From the IMG/VR virus record IMGVR_UViG_3300020045_007257, positions 1 to 35,502 of that record: a stretch of DNA of 35,502 nucleotides; one strand, written 5' to 3'. Shown piece after piece: positions 9,673-17,539 of this stretch (positions are counted from its first letter, which is position 1; every line of letters begins with the position of its first letter). The position numbers and the translations under genes were made by a program. A model generated the notes under the pieces. That model was not told the DNA's origin. It ran no database searches and saw nothing but the letters and a program-made list of their open reading frames with translations. Source of the DNA: a virus (Duplodnaviria > Caudoviricetes).

Positions 9673-12077
9673 GATTATCCGAACTCACGCCAAGCACACC
9701 GGAAGAATTAGAGGCAAGGTCAACTCTGCCCCCAATAGGTGATGAATCTGAGTTCGAAGATACGGATGGTGTACGGAGGATCGTACCCATTGATCAGTAT
9801 CAATCTGCCTTAGACGCTGGCTTTAAATATATTCCACCTGAACAGGTTCAAAGAGAAAATGAGTTCGCAGATGCTGGCGAAAAGCCGGTACTGGCAGGAG
9901 CTCTTTCGGTTCTTCGCGGGACAACTCTTGGACTATCTGACCAAATTATTAAGCAGACAGGTATGCTTTCTGAGCAAGAGCTTGGAGACTTACAGGATGC
10001 TAACCCGGTCTCGTCCATTGGTGGCGAAATTGCTGGGACAATCGCTCCTGCTTTATTGTCAGGAGGGACTTCATTAGCGGCTAGAGCTGCTGTTGCTGCT
10101 CCTTCGGCACTTGCTGAACTAGCCGGAAAGAAAGTCGCTCAAAAACTAACTGGGAAATTCCTGGCAAACACTACTTCAAACGTTGTTAAAAACGCCGTTA
10201 AGATGGGCGTAGGGTCTGCAGTAGAAGGCTCTCTTTACGGAGTCGGGAAGCTTATTTCTGAAGACGCTTTAGGAGATGCTGAGTTCAATGCTGAGAACGC
10301 GCTGGCCTCAATGGGCGAAGGTGCCTTAATTGGTGGCGCATTCGGTGGCGCTGTTGGCGGAGGCGGAGAGTTAATCAAGAAAGGCATGAAGCATGCTGCT
10401 GAAAAAACCAAGGAAGCTTTTAAGGGCCTAATCGATAATGAGATTGGCTTCCTTAAATCTGCCGGTGCCGAAAAAAATCACATTAAACAAATACTAAAAA
10501 AAGAAAGCCTGACCACGAAAGACCTTAACGAGTTCGCTATGGATATCGGGAAAGGGTTCGAGGACTCTGCTGATGACATCCTTATAAACGGTGGAATTAA
10601 ATCTAAAGGGTCAAAGAGCCTTAAGGAAGCCGTAGTAACAAGCATCGATGACCTGGATGCAAACAACCAAGTAGTGCGCGAAGGTGCTGGGAAGATGATG
10701 GGAGATGCTTTAGATAAAGCTCAGACCGATTTCCTTTCCAAACTAGAAAATGGACAACTCAAAAAAGAAGACCTCATCTATGGTGATGATCTAGCGGACT
10801 TTATTCAAGAAGAATTCGCAGACGATATTGGAGACCTCTACAGCCCTAAAAAGGGCGAGTTCGATAAACTGATCGCAGACCTTCGTGATGTAAACGCCAT
10901 GAAAGATGCTGCTGGTAACGTGGTTCAAAAAACTCCACTAACTCCTGCCGAAATTAAAATGCAGTCTCGTATCTTTGCCGAAGAAGCAGGATTCTCTAAA
11001 TTGCAACCATCGCGACTCCAGGAAGCTTATCAAAGGCTCTGGGGCAAGATGGAGGATCAGGTTGATAAAGTCTTAAAGAGTTCTGGCGACACCGCACTCG
11101 CAGACCAATACAAGAAAGGTAAAAAGCTTTTCGAGAAATCAATCACCCTAGAAAAGATTCTCGAGTCGGGAAGATCAAAAGCAGTCAACAATAGAGGCAT
11201 GTCTCTAACGGAAGGACTCGCTACAGTTGCCGGTGGAACAATCGGTGGCTTACCAGGAGCGGCCGCTGGTTACGCTCTTAGAAAAGCCCAAATGGAGTAC
11301 GGCGATAAGGCCGCATCTTACCTGTTAAGAAAGATTGAACTCGCTTCAAATAAAGGCAAGACTGGAGTCTCTGATGCCGTAGACGCATTTTTCAATAAGG
11401 CCCAGAAGGCCGGAAGCATGTCTTCAAAATCAGGACTTAAATACTTAACCGGTCGAGACGTTTCAGAAACCAAAGAAAAAGACATCCAGGATCAGATACA
11501 GATCTATTCTCGAGATCCCGCCATGATTGTCGATAACTTCGTTAAAAATAATCAAGACATGATCCAAACCGCTCCGAAAACTGCCCAAGCATTACAGCAG
11601 AGAGTTCTCAATGCGGCCCAGTTTCTTAACTCTAAGGTGCCAAAGCAAGACGATTCACCTTTTAAAGACACTCCTCGATCTAGGTCTGAGGTGATGAAAT
11701 TTAAAAACTACGTGGAGGCGGTTGAGAACCCTTACAAGACTCTTGAGAATCTTAAGCATGGATACTTTTCTCCGGAATCTATGGAGGCCATGAAAGCTGT
11801 CTATCCAAAAATGTTCGCAGCAGTCAGAGAGGAAATGATACACAGGCTTCCAGAATTCAAGAAAATCTCTGAAAAGCAAAAAGCAGAAATCTCTAAAATT
11901 CTCAATATTGAGACGAAAAAAGCCTACACTCCTCAAGGTTTTGCTCAATTACAGGGCATTTCCGCACAGGGCACTCAACAGAACTTGCAGCAAATTAGTC
12001 GCCCAAAACCAGGCACAAAGAATATCAAATTAGGTGACAGAAGCCAGACGGGACTTGAGAGGGTGCTTGGCCGGTAA
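9669..12077 (+). CDS. Large putative DNA ejection protein
   Basis: 802 aa with Gly/Ala-rich hydrophobic segments (GALIGGAFGGAVGGGG; AGGTIGGLPGAAAGY) and a RGTTLGLSD motif seen in injection proteins. Confidence 0.6.
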   Translation: MRLSELTPSTPEELEARSTLPPIGDESEFEDTDGVRRIVPIDQYQSALDAGFKYIPPEQVQRENEFADAGEKPVLAGALSVLRGTTLGLSDQIIKQTGMLSEQELGDLQDANPVSSIGGEIAGTIAPALLSGGTSLAARAAVAAPSALAELAGKKVAQKLTGKFLANTTSNVVKNAVKMGVGSAVEGSLYGVGKLISEDALGDAEFNAENALASMGEGALIGGAFGGAVGGGGELIKKGMKHAAEKTKEAFKGLIDNEIGFLKSAGAEKNHIKQILKKESLTTKDLNEFAMDIGKGFEDSADDILINGGIKSKGSKSLKEAVVTSIDDLDANNQVVREGAGKMMGDALDKAQTDFLSKLENGQLKKEDLIYGDDLADFIQEEFADDIGDLYSPKKGEFDKLIADLRDVNAMKDAAGNVVQKTPLTPAEIKMQSRIFAEEAGFSKLQPSRLQEAYQRLWGKMEDQVDKVLKSSGDTALADQYKKGKKLFEKSITLEKILESGRSKAVNNRGMSLTEGLATVAGGTIGGLPGAAAGYALRKAQMEYGDKAASYLLRKIELASNKGKTGVSDAVDAFFNKAQKAGSMSSKSGLKYLTGRDVSETKEKDIQDQIQIYSRDPAMIVDNFVKNNQDMIQTAPKTAQALQQRVLNAAQFLNSKVPKQDDSPFKDTPRSRSEVMKFKNYVEAVENPYKTLENLKHGYFSPESMEAMKAVYPKMFAAVREEMIHRLPEFKKISEKQKAEISKILNIETKKAYTPQGFAQLQGISAQGTQQNLQQISRPKPGTKNIKLGDRSQTGLERVLGR

Positions 12078-12156
12078 TAGACAACGCTAAAGAGATGAGC
12101 AATATCCTGATTTAGGCATGCCCAAACAAGGGCTTAACCTATATCAGGGGCAGTTC

Positions 12157-12519
12157 ATGAGTCGCCGAAATATTATTCAAAAATACCAAGTCTACACTGA
12201 TTCAGATTCAACATTAAACGAATCGTCTAAACAATCAGACATAAGTGGAGTAGACAACGTTACATACTCAGCCTTGATCGACTCCTCTGTTAATGGAGAG
12301 TTAAAAGTCACTGTCTGCAACGATAAAGAAATCACCACCGATTCCGAGTTCAAGCCTTTAGATTTTGGGGAACAGACAATTATCAGTTCCGCCAACGGGC
12401 TTGATTATATTTTTAAAATTTCCAATCATGGATTCAAGTGGATGCGATTAGAATTCACTAATAATGGTGGAGCTGGACTGATCAACGCCTGGATCTCTGG
12501 CAATACGGTGGGTGCATAA
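12157..12519 (+). CDS. Hypothetical beta-sandwich virion protein
   Basis: ATG 12157 has AGGGG upstream; C-terminal FKWMRLEFT strand pattern. Confidence 0.5.
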   Translation: MSRRNIIQKYQVYTDSDSTLNESSKQSDISGVDNVTYSALIDSSVNGELKVTVCNDKEITTDSEFKPLDFGEQTIISSANGLDYIFKISNHGFKWMRLEFTNNGGAGLINAWISGNTVGA

Positions 12520-13661
12520 TGAAATTATACATCTATCCACCAACTCCAATTTCAGTATCCGTACCACCTATTGAATTTATCTTAGACGGGACGAGCACTT
12601 CTGTTTCAATGGATACTGCTACACCGTCCAATTCGAAACCATTACCAGTAATTAATCTAGACAGTAATGGAAATGTCACAAACCCTTTAACGGATGCGGA
12701 ATTAAGAGCGTCTCCGATTCAGACAGGGTTGAACATTATTAAAGAGGGTGTTCTTTCGGCAGTTTCAGACAACTCTACCCCTTCGGAAGTGGTTGCTGTA
12801 CCCGTTAAAATCATGGCTGTCGACGGGACCAATATTAATATCACTGCTGGCGATATAAATATCCAGACCACTGATATAGGGTCAAGCTTTGACTCTCTCA
12901 GGGTTGGAGATGGCTCAGGTAACTATATTGGAGTAAATGCTAGTCAGGAAGCCTTGGTCCACGATGCTGATGCTTTGGCAGAACTTCAAACTATCTCGGC
13001 CGTAGACTTCGCCACAAGCGCGCTACAGACAGAGATTAGCGGCAAGTTGGATTTGATGGTTATGGATTTGTCTGAGGCAGCTCAAGACTTAATGCTCATT
13101 CAGGCAGACACCGCGTCTTCACTGACTGTTCAAAATAACATTCTTGCAGCGGTCGGAGACGTAGCCACTGAAACAACCCTGGCAGCACTAGCCGCATCTT
13201 TTAGCGCGGAAGATTTCGCCACAGAAACGACTCTAGTAGCACTCGAAGCCAAGTTCGGAACTCTCGGGCAGAAAGCGAGTGCCGGTTCAGCTCCAGTAGT
13301 TCTATCGACTGAGCAGGAACAACTACTAACAGATCTTAATACGACTTTAACAGATGTAAAAAACTTCTTAGATTTAATCAATGCGAGCACCACTGGAAGA
13401 GTTTTAGACTCAGTAGTTAACGTAACAGCAACCACCTCCAATTCCCCTGCACCTGCTGGAGCCAAAGGGTTCATTATTCAGAACTCAGTAGTTTCTGACG
13501 GAGCAGTAAGATTCACAAATCAGGGGGGAGGAGCCTCGGTAACAGACGGTTTCTATCTCGGAGTGGGCCAATCTACTTCATATATCGATGGAGCGGCTAA
13601 CTTGGCTCTCTTCGACGTAGACGGTACAGGGTTTGACGCTGCAATTATCTGGTTCACGTAA
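12519..13661 (+). CDS. Putative tail fibre/structural protein with short internal repeats
   Basis: Acidic, Thr/Ser/Ala-rich; repeats DFATSALQ / DVATETTLAAL / DFATETTLVAL; LTDAELRASP motif. Confidence 0.55.
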   Translation: MKLYIYPPTPISVSVPPIEFILDGTSTSVSMDTATPSNSKPLPVINLDSNGNVTNPLTDAELRASPIQTGLNIIKEGVLSAVSDNSTPSEVVAVPVKIMAVDGTNINITAGDINIQTTDIGSSFDSLRVGDGSGNYIGVNASQEALVHDADALAELQTISAVDFATSALQTEISGKLDLMVMDLSEAAQDLMLIQADTASSLTVQNNILAAVGDVATETTLAALAASFSAEDFATETTLVALEAKFGTLGQKASAGSAPVVLSTEQEQLLTDLNTTLTDVKNFLDLINASTTGRVLDSVVNVTATTSNSPAPAGAKGFIIQNSVVSDGAVRFTNQGGGASVTDGFYLGVGQSTSYIDGAANLALFDVDGTGFDAAIIWFT

Positions 13662-13670
13662 GGAATACTT

Positions 13671-15566
13671 ATGAAAAACATTATTATCTTTTTATTTTTA
13701 ATATTTACTCTCTCGGCATTCGGTCAAGGTGATGCGCCTCCATTTATTCAAGGACAATCGCAGGCTACTAAATCAGTGGCTACGGTAATCAAGACACCTC
13801 ACAGCCAGGCAACTAAGCTCACATCTTCTCAAGCACTCATTGAAACAGGGAACAAAAACCGCTTAGTGAATCCAGGGTTTGAACATCAAACTATTGGCAC
13901 CGGATGGTCTACATCTTTCACTGGTGATGCTGGCATCCCCGGCGGAGTAGTGGCGGCCGCCACACCTTTTGAAGGCACAAAAAGCGCAGAGATTACTTGC
14001 GTGGGTGGCGCGGTTGGCGGCACTTGTACTTTTTATCAAGACGTTTCAACAGGGTTTGAGACACAGGCCCTTGCCTCTATTTTCATCAAACCTTCTGTAG
14101 CATCGTCTGCTATCAAGGTGTATGCCCGTAAAAACGGAGCTAATACTGCCTTCCTTAAAGACACGTTCAGTTTCCCAATAACGGACTACAGTCTTGTATC
14201 AATCCCTATCGTGGGTGGGACTACTAGTACAGGTATTGCGATTGAAATTACCGTGGGTGCCTTCGGAAGTGTGGCAGTCGTTTTAGATGAAGCGCATGTC
14301 GGGTATCAGTCGGTCACTGCTAGCGTAAACGTTGTTGGGCCATGGACCGACTACACTCCTGCCACTAATTTAACCAACGTAACAGCGGTCGGTAAATGGA
14401 GACAAGTCGGGCAAAACATTGAAACAACTTATCGACTTACTTTTACAGGTACTCCCTCAGCAGTAGGTAGTATATCGGTCAATCTGCCCACTGGGTCCAC
14501 AGTAGACACAGCCAAAATGTCTGCACCAAACGTCCTTACTCCAATTGGAAAAGCTCATTTATTGGACGTTAGCGCAGGAATAAATTATACCATCCAATCT
14601 CTTTACTCAGGAAACGGTGATTTTTTAACATACCAAAATGCTGTTACTGGGCAAGTAGTGGCAGTTACGCATGCGTCTCCGGTAACGCTAACCACAGGCG
14701 ATATTATCGACGGAGGCTTCTCTCTGCCTGTCACTCAATTCGCAGCCTCAACTAACACTCTCTCAAGCACTAATGGAAATACTTCATGGGCTTCATGTGG
14801 TCACACGTTTACTGACTTCAACGGATTCGGGACTGTCACGAATATTGAGACTCAATGCAAGCGTGACGGGGATGATCTTTTAATGAGGGGGAAGTTTACT
14901 CCAGGTACAGGAACAGGAGTCGAAGCAAGATTGAATCTAAAGTTAAATGGAGTCACTTTAACAAGTGCCGGAGCCGGGAAAATCCCAAGTATTCAATCAG
15001 CAGGATTCGGAGCATTTACCGGAACAGGTGCAACAAGCTCGTATAACTTAATAGAGCCATCCGTTGGATACATCACCTTCTCTCAGCAGAATGCAAGCAC
15101 GGGTAGCTTAACAAAACTACTTGGAAGTTCTTACGGGACGGGATCACCCATTACAATCAACGCTCGTGTCCCAATCTCCAACTGGGAAAACTCAAACGTA
15201 ATCGTGGCGAGCTTGAAAGATACGCCGACAACAATTGGTAGTACTGGATCAGATTTTCAGAGTGTTTATTTTGGCGCGAGCGCAGACTGCTCTACCGCTT
15301 GCACAACCGGAACTTGTACTTTATGCAACCAAGTCGGAAATAAAATTACTTCAGTAACATGGAATGCAACAGGTGAGTATAACGTAAACGGAATTGATGG
15401 CAAAAAATACAACTGTAATGGAAGCGGGTTTGGCTCGACTTACGGCATGTTTGTACACAATAGACCCAACTCGACAACAAGTTATGCAAGGGTAGGATTC
15501 ACTAACAACACAGGCACCAACGCAAATACAGGTTTTGCCTCACTCACTTGCACAGGTATCCCATGA
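13671..15566 (+). CDS. Fibre/adhesin-like protein with an N-terminal signal peptide
   Basis: MKNIIIFLFLIFTLSAFG|Q signal-like start; NRLVNPGFE carbohydrate-binding-module-like motif; two repeated beta domains (W.....GKWRQVGQ / W.....QCKRDGDD); Cys-rich C-terminus. Confidence 0.6.
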   Translation: MKNIIIFLFLIFTLSAFGQGDAPPFIQGQSQATKSVATVIKTPHSQATKLTSSQALIETGNKNRLVNPGFEHQTIGTGWSTSFTGDAGIPGGVVAAATPFEGTKSAEITCVGGAVGGTCTFYQDVSTGFETQALASIFIKPSVASSAIKVYARKNGANTAFLKDTFSFPITDYSLVSIPIVGGTTSTGIAIEITVGAFGSVAVVLDEAHVGYQSVTASVNVVGPWTDYTPATNLTNVTAVGKWRQVGQNIETTYRLTFTGTPSAVGSISVNLPTGSTVDTAKMSAPNVLTPIGKAHLLDVSAGINYTIQSLYSGNGDFLTYQNAVTGQVVAVTHASPVTLTTGDIIDGGFSLPVTQFAASTNTLSSTNGNTSWASCGHTFTDFNGFGTVTNIETQCKRDGDDLLMRGKFTPGTGTGVEARLNLKLNGVTLTSAGAGKIPSIQSAGFGAFTGTGATSSYNLIEPSVGYITFSQQNASTGSLTKLLGSSYGTGSPITINARVPISNWENSNVIVASLKDTPTTIGSTGSDFQSVYFGASADCSTACTTGTCTLCNQVGNKITSVTWNATGEYNVNGIDGKKYNCNGSGFGSTYGMFVHNRPNSTTSYARVGFTNNTGTNANTGFASLTCTGIP

Positions 15567-15805
15567 TGAAGCAGCTAATTCAATTCGTCTTCCCAACACT
15601 CAAGGCAGTATGTGGGGTTATTGGGTTCATTGGTACGCTCACTATTGGCGCATATATGACTGTTAAAGGGATCGCTATCACTGAAGCAGGGGTTATGGAG
15701 TCGAGAATCATGGCTGTAAGAAGTGCAGATATGAACCATCTGAACGACCGTTTCGACCGCACTGATAAGAAACTGGACAGTATTCTTAAAGAACTTAAAA
15801 AATAA
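15563..15805 (+). CDS. Putative holin / small membrane protein
   Basis: One TM segment (AVCGVIGFIGTLTIGAYM) and a charged coiled C-terminus; first gene of the lysis region; starts with tandem ATG ATG. Confidence 0.45.
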   Translation: MMKQLIQFVFPTLKAVCGVIGFIGTLTIGAYMTVKGIAITEAGVMESRIMAVRSADMNHLNDRFDRTDKKLDSILKELKK

Positions 15806-15822
15806 CATCCCAAGGAGGGAAT

Positions 15823-15966
15823 ATGGAAAATCAAGTAGTAGAAGTGAAATTTGAAGGCGCTAAAGTAATCATCAATGTTGATCCAAATAAAGATGGTTCA
15901 CCACTGGTTAAAGTTGAGCTTGACCTTCTTCAGATCCCTTCTGAAGTTAAAGACTTGATCAAGTAA
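15823..15966 (+). CDS. Small hypothetical protein (47 aa, not in the ORF track)
   Basis: AAGGAGG RBS; MENQVVEVKFEGAKVIINVDPNKDGSPLVKVELDLLQIPSEVKDLIK; TAATG overlap with the next gene. Confidence 0.7.
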   Translation: MENQVVEVKFEGAKVIINVDPNKDGSPLVKVELDLLQIPSEVKDLIK

Positions 15967-16190
15967 TGAGCTTAGAACTTGCCCTTTCTCTTATTAAGAT
16001 CGCTGCTGAAGTCTTTCAAGATGAGAGAAAGGACAGGTTTTTAAAAAAGTATTTAAAGATCAGTAAGGAGTATCAGGATGAACTTAACAAAGGTCTTAAT
16101 GATCGCTCTGATCTCAAGCTTGATAAGTTGCGCTTCGAAGCCGACCAACTTGCAGAACTCATTGTCAGAGAGCGTAATTCAGGCAAATAG
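15966..16190 (+). CDS. Hypothetical protein, possible i-spanin-like partner
   Basis: Weakly hydrophobic N-terminus plus coiled coil; overlapped out of frame by a lipoprotein gene. Confidence 0.4.
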   Translation: MSLELALSLIKIAAEVFQDERKDRFLKKYLKISKEYQDELNKGLNDRSDLKLDKLRFEADQLAELIVRERNSGK

Positions 16191-16416
16191 TCCGACTGTT
16201 AAAGCTCCTGATATTGCTTTTGAACCAGAGAAAGCATTCTTTCCTTTAAGGCTTGATCCTTCGGATAATAAATTCAAACCATCTTATCAGAATGAAGTTT
16301 GCATCAAGAAGTTTGTCATTTGTCTCAAGTGGGAAAAACGAACTTTATTCTTTGAAGATTTGACTTGGTTTTATCAACTCGGATTCGGTCTTTATAAGAT
16401 GCGGGATTTGAAATGA
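16078..16416 (+). CDS. Lipoprotein, putative o-spanin (Rz1-like)
   Basis: MNLTKVLMIALISSLIS-C lipobox; overlaps the preceding ORF in another frame; two further Cys; lies in the lysis cassette. Confidence 0.55.
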   Translation: MNLTKVLMIALISSLISCASKPTNLQNSLSESVIQANSPTVKAPDIAFEPEKAFFPLRLDPSDNKFKPSYQNEVCIKKFVICLKWEKRTLFFEDLTWFYQLGFGLYKMRDLK

Positions 16417-16544
16417 AAAAGCCGGTTAAGGTTTCATCTTCTCATGACTTGATTCAAAAAATTCTGAATGCTACGGGGAAAGAGCGGGAAAGCTTAATTC
16501 GCATCCTGAAAAATAAGTATCCAGACGTGAAAGTTCCAAAATGA
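16413..16544 (+). CDS. Small basic hypothetical protein (43 aa, not in the ORF track)
   Basis: ATGA overlaps at both ends; MKKPVKVSSSHDLIQKILNATGKERESLIRILKNKYPDVKVPK. Confidence 0.6.
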   Translation: MKKPVKVSSSHDLIQKILNATGKERESLIRILKNKYPDVKVPK

Positions 16545-16945
16545 GAGTGATCGACTTAATCGTCGTTCACTGTAGCGACTCAGATATTCCGGCCCACGAT
16601 AACATTGAAACCGTAAGGGAATGGCATGTTAAAGAGCGAGGATGGAGAGATATCGGCTATCACTATTTCATCAGCAAGGACGGTATACTTCATCCTGGAC
16701 GAGCTGAAGAAACCGCTGGAGCGCATGTCTCAGGTCATAATTCTCGATCCATTGGAATATGCCTCTCAGGAAGAACTGGATTTACTAGAGAGCAATTCGA
16801 GTCTTTAGAAAAGCTTCTAAAAGATATTTGCAACAGATACGCTTTAGAAAAGAAAGACATTCTGGCCCATAATGATTTAGACCCAATGAAAAGCTGCCCC
16901 AATTTTGATCTCCATAAGCTCATAGCTTCGTGGGACTGGCACTAG
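16541..16945 (+). CDS. Endolysin, N-acetylmuramoyl-L-alanine amidase (T7 lysozyme/Amidase_2 family)
   Basis: IVVHCS, GWRDIGYHY, GAHVSGHN..SIGICL and H.D....KSCPNF zinc-amidase motifs. Confidence 0.95.
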   Translation: MRVIDLIVVHCSDSDIPAHDNIETVREWHVKERGWRDIGYHYFISKDGILHPGRAEETAGAHVSGHNSRSIGICLSGRTGFTREQFESLEKLLKDICNRYALEKKDILAHNDLDPMKSCPNFDLHKLIASWDWH

Positions 16946-17274
16946 GCGGGAGGAGTGGCCAGTACAGGTTCGGAAATATCGCCTTCTGGGTAGTCGTAAT
17001 ATTTCACCCAGTGATCTAAGTTGATGTTGAAAAAATCTAATACTTCTTTTTTGCATCTAAACCATTCACCAGTATGTCTGTGGAAGATAAGCTTTTCGTG
17101 AATCTCTTTCTCGTCTCTTTCTGTGCCTGGGATTATGGCCATCGGAGTAAGCTTGAAAGGGCACCCGATCTGAAGGGCACTGAGTCTTTTTTTAAAGGTC
17201 TTAGTGTGACCAATCTTTAAGAAGGCGGGCTCTGAGTGACAATAAAGAACATAAATCATAGCTTCTTCTATCAT
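16942..17274 (-). CDS. GIY-YIG-like T5orf172/MUG113 domain protein
   Basis: IYVL...LKIGHT....KRLSALQIGCP...EKEIH......HTGEWF. Confidence 0.85.
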   Translation of the reverse strand: MIEEAMIYVLYCHSEPAFLKIGHTKTFKKRLSALQIGCPFKLTPMAIIPGTERDEKEIHEKLIFHRHTGEWFRCKKEVLDFFNINLDHWVKYYDYPEGDISEPVLATPPA

Positions 17275-17285
17275 TAAATTCTTAA

Positions 17286-17539
17286 GGGCGGTGGCTGCAT
17301 GAAAAATCTTCTCGGGGGCGGGAGGGGCGGATTTATCTCGAGAAATGGGAAATATAGGGCTACATCGGGAAACAATAGGAACAGAAGAAAAAGGCCCGTT
17401 TCACTCTAAGTTACTGATAAAAATATGTTTCACAAAACCGTCAGTCAGACTTCGGGTAGTTCTGGCATAAGTTTTTCAAGTGTCCGTTTTCGTTAATAAA
17501 AATACAATACAAATCTCTAGGGGCGGGGCGGGGGACGGG
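17286..17539. mobile_element. Putative attP region: GGGGCGG arm-type repeats flanking a core identical to an fpg/mutM 5' end
   Basis: Non-coding gap directly downstream of the integrase. GGGGCGG occurs at 17315, 17324, 17520 and 17525 (GGGCGG at 17286). Minus strand 17468-17445 reads ATG CCA GAA CTA CCC GAA GTC TGA. Confidence 0.65.
17445..17468 (-). other. First seven codons of an fpg/mutM-like gene (MPELPEV) followed by a stop; candidate att core
   Basis: Direct translation; MPELPEV(E) is the conserved N-terminus of Fpg glycosylases. Confidence 0.75.
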
